The notes beneath the pieces were generated by a model. The model did no database searches and was not told the origin of the DNA. It saw nothing but the letters and a program-made list of their open reading frames with translations. From Octopus sinensis (taxonomy: Eukaryota): DNA of 64,000 nucleotides. Shown one piece after another: positions 51,379 through 64,000 of the stretch (the first letter of the stretch is position 1; each line of letters begins with the position of its first letter). A program made the translations under genes and the position numbers. Location: contig NC_043003.1 of assembly GCF_006345805.1 (NCBI RefSeq), forward strand, positions 98,332,001 through 98,396,000, written 5' to 3'.

Positions 51379-51642
51379 GTATATTTGCCATTTAAATATG
51401 GCTAACCCCTAAGGGTGGATGCTACTGTAGTTTGTAGCCCCAGGAGGACACCTCCTCCAGCTGGCTATAGACACACTGTGTCTATAGCCAGCTGGAGGAG
51501 GTGTCCTCCTGGGGCTACAAATTAGAGTAGCATCCACCCTTAGGGTTTAGCCATAAGCCAGCTGGAGGAGGTGTCCTCCTGGGGCTACAAACTACAGTAG
51601 CATCCACCCTTAGGGGTAGCCATATTTAAATGGCAAATATAC
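51379..51642. repeat. Palindromic MITE-like element with a duplicated right arm
   Basis: gtatatttgccatttaaatatggcta...ctatagacaca c tgtgtctatag...; 70-bp direct duplication (51486 vs 51556); ends tagccatatttaaatggcaaatatac. Confidence 0.8.
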
Positions 51643-51889
51643 GTCACGATGTGTTGCAGCTACTGTTTATAACTCGCTCTGAGATTTATTAGTGGAATGG
51701 TGATTATATACCTTGCGGTATTTGTTCCGATGATTCTTTGTGATTTGCTTCAAATCCTACTGAGATCAACTTTATCTTTCATCGCTCCGGGGTCGATAAA
51801 AGAAAGGATTCGATATAATCAAAATAATCCTCCCCACTGAAATTTCGAGAATACTGTCTATACAAGAAACAAATGTTGAGGGTCCTGAA

Positions 51890-52335
51890 AAGTAATGTTG
51901 ATGAAATGCGCCATTTGTTCAAATCAGCTTAAAACTTTTGGTAAATATCACCATTGATAGCATTTTCCGTAGTTTTGATTTCTCGTTTTTTTTTTAGAAG
52001 GGAAAACTGTGTGATGTGCCGTTTCGATATCGCCTCTGCTTCTGTATGTCTTTCCACAGGTAAAGTATTCAAGTGACCTGAAAAAGGGAAAATCTGATAA
52101 TACTACGTCCGGTGATTAGCCAAATAAATATATCGTTTCTTGAGTTATATTCCTTAAATGTGACGCTGCATTATCATGTTGCAGGATGATTCCCTTTCTG
52201 TTGATGAGAACTGGTTGCTTTTTGAGCGAAACTTGAATGACACGTTCAAGTTGTTGACAGTAATGTTCTGCGGTGATCGCTTTTGGTTCTGATAATCGAA
52301 AGCGAACAAAATCCATTGTATTCTACGCAACAAAA
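51890..52335 (-). pseudogene. Decayed mariner transposase C-terminal half
   Basis: ITAEHYCQQLERV...NRKGIILQHDNAASH...SPDVVLSDFPFFRSLEY (HDNA and SPDLAPSD-like motifs). Confidence 0.8.
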
Positions 52336-52879
52336 CCATCTTTGGAGTAGATCTAGTTTGGGGGTAGGATTTGAACTTTCAGGTATATACATGCACATAC
52401 ACGCAAGCACATACACATTCAATTTGCAGGTAAAAACACATGCAAACAAGCATATATAGGTAAGCACAATAGCGCTTCTACCATATCAACATGCATTAAC
52501 ACATACACGCACTCACATATTCGAATATATATATATATAACAGATGAGAACATGAGATACATCTTTTGTCTACACATCATACACACATGCATAATCACAC
52601 ACATACACATTCGTCAAACGTGCAAACACTTATACACATGCATCACACATAGAACGCACCAACACAACTAATTTACTCCATAGTATGTATGTATGTATAT
52701 ATGTGAATGTACAACCATAGATATATATATATGCATACATATATACACATATATGTATATCTATATAAATAGATATACATATATATATGCACATATATAT
52801 ATACATACAGACAGACAGACAGACACACATACACACATACACACACATACACACACACACACCGTTTCGAATCACTGAT

Positions 52880-53165
52880 CAGGAGACACCGTCTTCGATG
52901 GGCAGCACATGTAGCAAGAATGGAAGAGTCAAGATTCACTCCAGGAAAAAGAGTTTGGGATGAAAGATACAAGGACGAACTCAAAGCAACACTTAAAGCC
53001 ACTGAAGTTGAGGCTAAATCGTTTGTAACACATGCCCGAGACCCGAGTGGCGGTGTTTCATCACCATCGGATCTAAAACTTCGAAGATACCAGAAGAGAA
53101 AAGTAAGAAATCAAGCGACAGGAGAGAAAGACTCAACAAAATAAACCTTATGCCGTCGACTCTTC
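52880..53165 (+). mobile_element. RTE-clade LINE 3' coding end
   Basis: HVARMEESRF...RYKDELKATLK...ARDRS.W (frameshifted), typical of the RTE C-terminus. Confidence 0.75.
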
Positions 53166-53234
53166 TATGCAAGAATTAGTCTACAGAGTCATCAACAACA
53201 TCAGCATAGAGAGAACATTCAGTAGGATCGAGAT

Positions 53235-53281
<47 letters not shown>

Positions 53282-53442
53282 ACCGCCGCCGCCGCCGCCG
53301 CCGCCGCGCCGCCGCCGCCGCCACCGCCACCGCCACCGCCGCGCCACCGCCGCCACCACCGTCACCGACGACGACGATACATATATATATACACACCCAC
53401 ACATACATATATACATACATACATAGATACATACATGCATAC

Positions 53443-53479
<37 letters not shown>

Positions 53480-53489
53480 CAATTTAATA

Positions 53490-53800
53490 AATCAAATAAA
53501 TGCATACATACATACATATATGTACGTACCTACATCTATATGTATATATACATGCATATATATATATATATATATTATATATAATATATATATATATATA
53601 TTAATATATATATATATATAATATAGATATATATATATATATATGAGTACAGGACACCACAAATAAACGTAGAACACAACGAGAAACGAAAACATAAAAA
53701 CAAACTAGGAAACGGACTTTTTTTAACAACGAAAAATCAGAGTACAAGACAAACAATACAAGGAATATTCCCCTTCATCAGCTGCCCCTGTTTCGACTCA
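53490..53800 (-). mobile_element. Second copy of the 9585-9800 (TA)n-containing repeat
   Basis: gagtacaggacaccacaaataaacgtagaacacaacgagaaacgaaaacataaa is the reverse complement of 9580-9635. Confidence 0.7.
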
Positions 53801-53974
53801 ATGCGTGTATATATATATATATATATATGTAAAAGTTAAAAAATATATACAAACTGGGACAAGAACGTGAAACACCTAGAAGACGACACAAGAAACAACA
53901 GGACGGGACATTCGAAGCCCTCAATCATCAGTCAAGAACCGGATCATCTCCGCAATTTCGTATATATATATAAT

Positions 53975-54280
53975 ATCGCATGGCTCAGTAGTTAGAGCGT
54001 CGGGCTCACACTTACGTTCTTGAGCAAGACACTTTATTTCACGTTGCTCCAGTTCAGTCAGCTGTAGAAATGAGTTGTAACGTCACTAGTGCCAAGCTGT
54101 ATCGGCCTTTGCTTTTCCTTTGGATAACATCAGTAGCGTGGAGAGGGAAGTTGATATGCATGGATGACTGGTCTTCTATAAACAACCTTGCTGGTCTTTC
54201 ATAAACACCCTTGCCTCGGGGGGTAATTTTTGTAGGTGCAATCCCACGGTCATTCATGGCCGAAGAGTATCTTTACCATT
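53975..54280 (+). mobile_element. SINE family D copy
   Basis: tRNA-like head gcatggctcagtagttagagcgtcgggc; body matches 490-790 in reverse. Confidence 0.75.
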
Positions 54281-54304
54281 TATATATATATATATCTATA
54301 TAAT

Positions 54305-54336
<32 letters not shown>

Positions 54337-54652
54337 GATATATATATATATATATGTAATATATATCTATATTATATATATATATATATAATATGTATAT
54401 ATAGATATTATATATCTATATATATATATATAGCACACACATACACACACACACACCCACATATACAGTCAGATTTCCTATTTTAAGCCTTTCTACTGTC
54501 TCTTCTGTTAAATCATTTACTAATAATATTAGCATTAATTTACTATTATTATGCTTATTACTATTCTTGTTGCAAATATCTCTGCGCACACACATTTTTA
54601 CTCACACGCATACTCACACAAATATAGATACTCACATAAATAGATACACACA

Positions 54653-54696
<44 letters not shown>

Positions 54697-54984
54697 GTAT
54701 ATGTAATATGTATAAACAGATACTCATATATGCATATATATATATATTATATATGTATGTATGGGTGTCTGTATGTGTGTGTTTGTGTGTATGTGTGCGC
54801 ACAAGTACATGCTCCACCCACACATATGGCCTTCGTTGAATACCAAGAATTACTTCCGGTTAAAGAAAATAAACAATTTTCGCTTTGTAGGCAACGTCTT
54901 TCTTGCAAGATTATTCTATGGCTTCTCGCAATATAAACTGGGATTACACATATGTAATATACTTTATTAGAGCACTGTACCTCT

Positions 54985-55135
54985 AAGCCCATATCCTTGG
55001 GGAAAAGTGTGGACGGAAATCGGTCTCGAAGGAGAGACGACGTAGGTGGAGCGATCACATCAAAGACCGGAAGGAGAGGAGCCTGCCGGATGGTAGGAGT
55101 CTTCAATCGTCATCCATGAGGATGGACATATTCAT
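54985..55135 (+). mobile_element. RTE-like LINE 3' tip
   Basis: LGKSVDGNRSRRRRRRRWSDHIKD resembles the GKVEGKRGRGRP..RWxDxIK RTE terminus. Confidence 0.5.
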
Positions 55136-55330
55136 TGATTAATTGATTGATTGATTCAATATACCCGTATAAACATATTCTCTCTCTTTCTTTCTCCTTT
55201 CTGTTTGTTCTCTGCATGTGTGCGCGGTGTGTGCGTTTTTATATACATATATATCATACACGTGTACGTACATATATACAGTATGACACACACACGCATC
55301 GCATATATATAATATATATATTAGATATAT

Positions 55331-55362
<32 letters not shown>

Positions 55363-56020
55363 GGTATAGATATATATATATAAATAATATATAATATATA
55401 TTATATGTAGAAAAATACAAACTGGGACAAGAACGTTAAAAACATTTAGAAGCGATACAAAAAATAAAGAACCGGATCATCCTCGCATTTCGGCTGATTA
55501 ATCTGAGATCGCTCCGATCCGGCCAACCCAAGTAAAAACTAAGCTACTAGCATTAGATTTCTTGAAAAAGGATGGAATGTATACGAAACCAGGACAGAAA
55601 AACGGACGATGTCACACGAATATAAATACAAAAAACAATAATAGTAATAACAGGACAAAAACAGCAGGTGTCTTACGACTATAGACAGTACAACTTAGTT
55701 TAGCTGGCGTATACACTCACAAACATGCATGTATGTATTTTTGCGTGTATGTGTATAATGCACTACATAAATACATATCCACATACTGACAGACAGACTC
55801 GCGCGGGCATGATTGTATGCTATTAAAAGTATGGAAAAAAATAATATACGAACGTTACTTTCTTATAAAACTGAGTTGGCACGGTGTTAAGTCATGATGA
55901 TGATGATGACGACGACGATGTTGTTGATGACAACGATGTTGATGATGATCATAAGGACAATGCTGATAGATGTGGTGGTTGCGTTGGTGGTGATGACATT
56001 TAAAGTTATATGGCGATGAG

Positions 56021-56078
<58 letters not shown>

Positions 56079-56115
56079 ATTATTATTATTATTATTATTA
56101 TTATTGTTGTTGTTG

Positions 56116-56186
<71 letters not shown>

Positions 56187-56189
56187 GTA

Positions 56190-56640
56190 GACGTAGCACA
56201 GTATACAATATCGTGAGGTTGTTGATTGAAGGCATCGTATCTACCGGGGGTTTGTATTGTTTGTCAAGTCACAACGAAGACCTCAGGCAGACACTACTCT
56301 ACGCAATATGCGTGCAGTTCCAAGTAACGACGACTTTTGCAATACATCTAGATTGTAGGACATCTCTAAGGTTTTCAAATGTTTTTTTTTTTCTTCAGAT
56401 TGGGTGGTATTGAACCCAATGCTCTGATGACAATAGGGATAACCTTTATGTTCGACTCTCGTAGCTGCCACATCTTAGCGTTCTCAATTCTCAGGTCTCC
56501 ATATTTATTAACTTTTTCTCTTTCTTTCATGATGATGTGTTGATCTGGCACTGCACCGTCGATCATTAGGTACTCTTGTTTGTCCCTCCTAAAGGTTACT
56601 TTATCCGGCTTTCGGTGCTCTAACACTCTTCTTCTTCTTC
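56190..56640 (-). mobile_element. R4/Dong LINE 3' end (endonuclease domain plus UTR)
   Basis: HRKPDKV..IDGAVPDQH..KEREKVNKYGDL..VIPIVIRALGSIP..LQKSSLLGTARILRRV; abuts (ATT)n. Confidence 0.9.
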
Positions 56641-56739
56641 TTCTTCTTCTTCTTCTTCTTGAATTAGACTCTGGATTGCTCTTATTTCTAGTAGAATTTA
56701 TGTGGTTCGCGGGTTTCTGCATGTAGCGGGTTTCTACCT

Positions 56740-57420
56740 GTATCCATACGCTTTCAATAATCTTTCAAGTGTTTAAAACCCTTTCCTAAGAGGCAAAATT
56801 TCTGTAGAAGCTCTACAGGGCATTCCTTTCCAATCTTCTTCAACCATTTGTCTATATCCACTACGCAGTGTCCCTAATGTACCGATTATTACAGGCACAA
56901 CTTTTACATATTTCAAATTCTCGCCATTTTGAATTTTAAGGGATTGTATTTTTTTCATTTTTCGTCATATTTTTTCGCAGTCATAGGATCAAACGGGCAT
57001 TACGGATCAATTAGTAAGCAGATTCGCTTTTCCTTGGCTATTATTGTTATATCTGATTACATTTTTTAAAATCTTCTTGTCTGTTTGAATTAGAAAATCC
57101 CTTGAAATCCTGCATATATCTTGACTCAAGCACTCTTTCATTGCAATGATTATACCAAGTACTTTCAACTTCAAATCCCCACTTCTGACAAATCTTCCAA
57201 TGTAAAAGTTTCACAATCTGATCATACTCCCATTTCTTGCATTCTTTCTAAGCCACCTTGGGACATTCTGCAACAATGTGTGCCATTGCTTCATCGCATA
57301 TTCCACATACTCTATATTTTGCTGACGCCGTCTCCCTATGCATATATTTGTTTGTTTGTAGCGCTTGATCTTAAGCTGCTATAAGGCTCTCTGTTTCTTT
57401 TTCAATTACCCTTTTTTTTG
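56740..57420 (-). mobile_element. Second, older R4/Dong LINE 3' fragment (zinc knuckle plus endonuclease)
   Basis: Frameshifted C..C.E...HIVAECP...HLHWKICQKWG...LLID...VVPVIIGTLG. Confidence 0.75.
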
Positions 57421-57554
57421 CCTCCAAACCCAGACTTTCGTTATATAGTGCTATTTTTTGTAGTATTCATTCGCATGAAGTGTCTGAATGATTTTTAAGC
57501 ATAACTAATGAATTTACCATAGAGATTGTTTCTGTTTTTAGGTTCCATATTCGG

Positions 57555-57900
57555 ATTGAGCCGGCAGACTCGTTAGCACGCCAGGCGAAATGCTTAGCGC
57601 TATTTCGTTTGCCCCTACGTTCTGAGTTCAAATTCCGCCGAGGTCGACTTTGCTTTTCATCCTTTCGGGGTCGATTAAATAAGTACCAGTTACGCACTGG
57701 GTCGATGTAATGGACTTAATCCGTTTGTCTGCCCTTGTTTGTCCCCTCTGTGTCTCGCCCCTTGTGGATTGTAAAGAAATAGCTATTTCGTTTGCCCTTA
57801 CGTTCTGAGTTCAAATTCCGCTGAGGTCGACTTTGCCTTTCTTCCTTTCGGGGTCGATACATTAAGTACCAGTTGAGTAACTAGGCCGATGTTATCGATT
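57555..57900 (+). mobile_element. SINE B with a tandem 184-bp module
   Basis: Junction gtaaagaaatagctatttcgtttgccc at ~57772-57798. Confidence 0.8.
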
Positions 57901-58491
57901 GTTCCTCGCCTCACAAAGTGTAGGACGAAAGAAAAGGGCGAAGAAACGACACAGAGAAAGAAAATAAGACCGCAAAGATGAATGAAACGAAGAAAAGTAG
58001 AAAGGATGGAGAATGAGGAGAATCCAAAAAGAAATTCTATCCCCCCTGTTTAATAAAAGTATCCCAGTCTCTTAATCCAGGTGACTAACAATCATTTCAA
58101 CCTCGTCATTTGTCACCTCCGAATTAACTTCCAGTCTTAACATATACTATCAGACTGCTTACCTTTGAGCAGATTATTAATCCGTGCGTCTGTATTGTCA
58201 TCGGTGTGCATGTATGTATGCATGCATGTGTGTATGTATGTATGTATGTATGTATGTATGTATGTATGTATGTATGTATGTTTGTATGTATGCATGTATG
58301 TATGTATGTATGTATGTATGTTTGTATGTACGTATGTATGTATGTATTTATGTATGCATATCTATCTGTCTGTCTGTCTGTCTATCTAATCTCTCTCTCT
58401 CTCTATCTCTATATATATGTTAAAAATACATACAAATACACTCATGCACACATACCCAGACACACACAAACCCACGCATATTATACGCGCA

Positions 58492-58523
<32 letters not shown>

Positions 58524-58604
58524 CACACGCGCGCGTACACACATGTACACTCATATACGAACGTAAGTAGCTGTCTCTCTATCGGTTCATCGTTATATAT
58601 ATAT

Positions 58605-58802
58605 GTATATAGGGAGAATTCACAAAAAAAAAAAAAAGATGAAGACAGGTGGTGTATACAACAAACAGATGTATTAGTATAACGCTCGGGAAGTGAAAAA
58701 GTCGTTAACGTTTCGAGCCTATGCTCTTCCACAGACAGGAACGCAGAAAGAAACAGGGAGAGAAAATAAAGAATGTGAAGTGACTATCGATCTATCATGG
58801 CG

Positions 58803-58805
<3 letters not shown>
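58605..58805 (-). mobile_element. PLE terminal-repeat-like element (A6U hammerhead-like family)
   Basis: Minus strand CTGTGGA A GAGC ATAG GCTC GAAAC GTT AAC. Confidence 0.55.
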
Positions 58806-58888
<83 letters not shown>

Positions 58889-59771
58889 ACGTATATTTAT
58901 ATATATATATATATATATATACCGCAGCGGTGGTGCTCCAGCATGGCCGCGACCTTCGGGCTAAAACATTTTTAAGGATTTAAGGATATATATATATATA
59001 TACATATACATAAACACACACGCGCGCGCGAGGGCGCGCTCGTACACACATATATAGACACATATGTATATATGCACACCACTTACATATACATAACTGC
59101 ACTCAAAATATGTGTGTGTGCTTAGCATTGTACCACAGCTTGACAACCGGTACTGGTGTGTTTATGTTCCAGTATCTTAGAGCTTCGGCAAAAGAGACCA
59201 ATAGAATAGTTATAAAAATAAATATTGGGGGGGGGGGTCGATTCATTCGACTAAAAATTCCCTAACATGGCCGCAGTCTAATGACTGAGACTAGTAAAGG
59301 ATAAAATGCACACATACACACACACACACATATATATAATATATATATACATAAGCACACACACATATATAAATGTATAAACACATACATTTCTTAATAT
59401 ATGTTGTTTGTGTCTATCTGTCTTGTATTTTGTTTATCACTGACATGGCTTTACATAGTGGGAGTAGAGTTCTCATCTGCCTGAATAATTTGGGTGTTGT
59501 CTAAACTCAAGTGTATAGGGAAAGAAATCTTCAAACTCTTTAGGGCCAATTATCTAGTTGAAGTGGGAGTACTTTACGTACTCATACTTCCAAGTACATA
59601 AACACATATAAAAACAGACGGACGCAGATGTATACACTCATAAATATGTAAATCGGCTCAGGCGATAACATAAAAGAAAAAACAATAACAAAAAACAAAA
59701 ACGAATTTTGTTTATCCTCAGCATACATCCGGAAAAACAATACACACACATATATATATATATATATATAG

Positions 59772-59802
<31 letters not shown>

Positions 59803-60110
59803 GTTTCTTCAAATATTAAATACGTACGTATGTTTGTGTATTCATATACATACATTCATACACACACACACACACACATATATGTATACTTATATATATA
59901 CACACACACATATACATATGTGCATATAATACACACCTATATATATATAAATATACGCCACACACATACACACACACACCATATATATATATATATATAT
60001 ACATACATACATAAACATACATAGACATATAGACAATAGGCATAATCAAAGATACGTATGTACACACATATTCAAACAGGTATATATATATATATATATG
60101 TATATTATAC

Positions 60111-60171
<61 letters not shown>

Positions 60172-61889
60172 CGTATGCATGTATGTATGATATAAAACGT
60201 ATGTGTTTATATGTATACTTATATTACGCTTATATTACACACAAACACACACCGTGTGCAGTGTATGTGCACATATGTATGCTTGTATATGTAGGTAGGT
60301 CTGTCTGTGTGCGTATATATATATATATACACACACATAGGTTTCAGGTTCAGTCCCACCGCGTGAGATCTTGGGCAATTGTCTACCAAAGCTTTGTGAC
60401 TGGATTTGGTAGACGGAAACTGAAAGAAGCCCGTCGCATATATATATATATATATCCCCGAATCTAAGCTTCGTAAATATTATAAACAGTATCATTAATA
60501 TAAAGTACATGTCTGTTAACTAAGAGCTCAGCTGGGTCTCATTATCTGCATACACTGCAAGAATATTATGCGGCCGGCACTTATGCACCAAGTTTGATAT
60601 TAACTTAATATTTTTGAGTAACAAGGTGCCTCAGTTTAAGTGCCTAATTCAACCGAATCTTAATGATATATATATGAGTACAGGACGTCACTAACAGTGT
60701 AAACTATATGAAATACAAAAACAAACGAGTCAAATACGCAAACGACGAGAGAAAAATGGAGAACTGGACCAATAAACACAAAGAACGACCTTCATCAGTT
60801 GTCGGCTGTTTGTCCACTCCTCATTTCGAGCATTCAACGACAATATGAGTCTTCAAAGACAGTTGCTCCCATAAATTCTGGATTAAGATTTATGATTTAT
60901 TGAGGGTCAAAGCAGGACAGTGGAGACATATAAGGACACCGAACGAAAACAAACATGGAGGGTCGTTTGTGTGTTTACCTCCTCGTAACCTAGCAGTTTG
61001 ACAAAGAAGGCCGACAGAATAAGTTTTAGGCTTACAAAGAATAAGTCCTGGGATCGATTTCTTCAACTAAACCTTTTAAGGCTGTGCTCCAGCATGGCTG
61101 CGGTCAAATGACTGAAACAAGTAAAAGGATAAAAGAATACTTGAAAAAATATACTTTATTATTGTTCGGCAGAAATTTATATAGTTTCGTATATGGCATA
61201 TATCTATATGAATTCATACACATATACTCATGTCAACTCTAGGTTTGGGTGTGTCCAGTTATTGTGTACGGATGTTTTTACACAGAACCTACACGATTGA
61301 AACGCCTAAAACCATAAATATTTTGATTCCCCATCACTCAAGAAAAGGTGGTATCACTTATTTGAAGCAACAAGTTGTTTGAAACGAAAGAAAAAGGAAA
61401 AGAAAACAAAGAAATTAATTAGAAAAGCGTTCCATGAGAGAAAACGTGCAAAACCCTATGGCGGCCACCAAATCATTAGAGCGTGATGATTTCATGCTTA
61501 CTGAAAGCCCCACGAGCATGCGCTGTATAGGAGAGTGAATCGAGGCAGTATCATAGAGTATGTGTTCGTTCATACCGTTTTCATCGCAGGTTATGAAATA
61601 TAAATATTGAGTGACAAATGGATAGATGAAGGAATAAATGTATTTATGTGAGGGTGAATGACCGAAGGATTAAGCAATAAAAGTAAAGACAATAAGAAGT
61701 TATCGAAGCAAAAGACCCATCGCACGAGAACGGGAGGACGGATTTAAAGAAGTGGGGAAAAGGAAAGAAAGAAGGGCAAGTGAATAAGTAAGGGTGAGAA
61801 TAAATTTATAAATGATTAATGAACGAAGGATGAGTCGAGTAAGTGAAACAGATAGAAAGAAAAAAAGACACAGAAATATTCTTTTCTAC

Positions 61890-62370
61890 TTTAGGCACAA
61901 GGCCCGACATTTCTTGGGAGGGGGCCAGTCGATTATATCGACCCCAGTGCGTAAATGGTACTTATTTAATCGACCCCGAAAGGATGAAAGGCAAAGTCGA
62001 CCGCGGTGGAATTTGAACTCAGAACGTAGCGGTAGACGAAATACCGCTAAGCATTTCACCCGGCGTGCTAACGTTTCTGCTAGCTCGCCGCCTTAAAGGC
62101 ACAGAAATATTCTTTTTTACTTTAGGTACAAGGCCCGAAAGTTTTTGGGGAGAGGACCAGCCGAGTAGATCGACGCCAGTACGCAACTGGTACTTAATTT
62201 AAGTCGATTATATCGACCCCAGTGCGTAACTGGTACTTATTTAATCGAGCCCGAAATGATGAAAGGCAAAGTCGACCTCAACGGAATTTGAATTCAGAAC
62301 GTAAAGACAGACGAAATACTGCTAAGTATTTCGCCTGGAGTGCTTATGTTTCTGCCAGCTCGCCGTCTTA
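61890..62370 (-). mobile_element. Cluster of SINE family B copies
   Basis: Two complete reverse-complement heads (gctagctcgccgcctt at ~62080-62095, gccagctcgccgtctt at ~62353-62369) plus a partial copy. Confidence 0.85.
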
Positions 62371-63215
62371 AAGACACAGATATATTGAGAGACAAATTGA
62401 AAGAAGACAGAAAGAAACTTAAAAGGCAAAAAAAAAAAAAAACCCCAAAAAAACGTGAAGATAGAAAAATAGAAAGAGAGAATGACAGAAAGAAAATAAA
62501 ATAAATGCACATTCCTGTATGGTGTTACGTTGGTGTTGTATCTGGCAACTGAAACACTTTGATCTTATTTAGAGGTGTATATAAGAAGTATAATCAATTT
62601 CTTGCAGCTAAATTTTAACAAAATCTTATATCGACCCCTAAGGGCCATATGGATCCTGGTCGAGGACCACTATTTTAGAATTTTATTCAGCACTTTTTAT
62701 GAAATCTTATTGCAAATGTCTGCTTTGTTGTTGGTCATGTAAAATCAAGATCAAGCAAATTTATAATCAGTCAATCCTGTTGCGACCATTCCTTAGTCCT
62801 TTTACTTTTTTTTGGTAGTATGTAAGACTGTCACATTTAAATGTGACAACAAGTCCATTTCTAGTGTTCAGGCTCCATCGCTGCGCGCATGCGTGGGCGT
62901 GTATGTGCGTGTATATGCGCGTGTGTATGTGTGTGTGTGCGTGTGTGTGCATGTGTGTGTGTGCGCGTGTGTGCACGGGTGCACGGGAGAAATATATTTT
63001 AAAACATGTTATTTTCTCCTCCTTTGTCGCTTCAATACCTCTCATCTCATTTCCTCATCCATCTTGGCGAAGTAACCCTTCCGGATGTTAACCAGTTAAG
63101 ACAGAATCACCAGATGTAATAACTTCTCCAGTTGATAGATTTCATTAATTTTCTTTCTCTTCATCTCTTTTTAATTTCTTTCTTTCTTTCTTTCCATCAT
63201 TATCAACATCAGCTT

Positions 63216-63246
<31 letters not shown>

Positions 63247-64000
63247 AACTACTACTACTACTACCATCACTCTTGCCGCTATTGCAGCTGTTTCTGTTCC
63301 ACCCGCCCCTCCTGTCCTCCCGCTCCGACTCCCGCTCCTCCCGCTCCTTCCGCTCCAACTCTTGCTCCTCCTGCACCTCCTCCCGCTCTTTCCGCTCCTC
63401 CTCCCCCGCCCTCCCCTCGTCGTCGTCGTCATCGTCGTCCTCCTCCTCCTCCTCCTCCTCCTCCTACTACTACTACAGCTTCGTTTCGGTCATTTAAACT
63501 AATATTAAAGACAGATATCATAAAAGCATTAAAATTACACGCATACGCACACATCTTTCCCCTCCCTCTCTCCATCCATCAATCCATCCATCCGTCCATC
63601 CATCCATGCGTACATACATAAATCCATACACATATTATGGTGGGATCAGTGGCTGGATTTGGAAAGTGAACTGCATGCTTGACGAAGACATCAACCCGAG
63701 CGGAGGACAGCTACGTTGAAATGCGTCAAGGCAAGCGGAGCTGTGCTGGCTGGAGGTTGCGATAGAGGCATGTGCTGGAAAGACATATGAAGTACTCAGG
63801 CTTACCCCCACTCCACCCTACCCGTGGGATAAGAAGACCCTGCGGCGCTATTATGAATATATATATATATTATATATATATAATATATATATTATATATA
63901 TATAGTTCCTATATAGTTTCTATAACTTTTACTACCCTGATATCATTTATTATGTTTAATGATTTCTGGTAGATTCGTTCGAAGATTTTACCGGCATCCT

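Noticed and set aside
53167-53487. Proline/arginine/alanine-rich ORF from (GCC)n
   Set aside because: A GC-rich triplet tract at the 3' end of an RTE fragment running into (TA)n; a simple repeat or LINE tail, not a protein.
53765-53800. Hammerhead from CTGATGA and GAAAC on the minus strand
   Set aside because: The order is GAAAC then CTGATGA with only 8 nt between, too short for stems III and I; it fits no hammerhead topology.

Overview
AT-rich, microsatellite-saturated eukaryotic DNA. The SINE families look like those of an octopus genome (recognised from memory, not verified by search). No host protein-coding gene can be called with confidence. Nearly all ORFs in the track are translations of simple repeats; only a few splice-signal-bounded exon candidates and one CpG-rich promoter-like region are visible. 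The window is mostly decayed mobile DNA: several tRNA-derived SINE families, R4/Dong, CR1 and RTE LINE fragments, mariner and maT-like transposons, a pogo-type MITE and a Helentron-associated element. The most striking content is a dense set of Penelope-like element (PLE) remnants, with three different GIY-YIG endonuclease types and about ten fold-back (inverted) structures usually bordered by (TA)n. Many of these carry type I hammerhead ribozyme motifs with non-canonical cores (U4C, U3-A8, A6U). The best candidate for an undescribed system is a 365-bp, non-coding, tandem-plus-inverted repeat at 44184-45108 with three hammerheads and a tRNA T-arm/B-box hairpin, which resembles a retrozyme able to make circular RNA. 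Also notable are a 52-bp minisatellite packed with STAT (GAS) and NF-kB-like motifs, and a SINE-derived 184-bp module multimerised with the same junction at several loci. All coordinates and alignments were read by eye; repeat boundaries are approximate.
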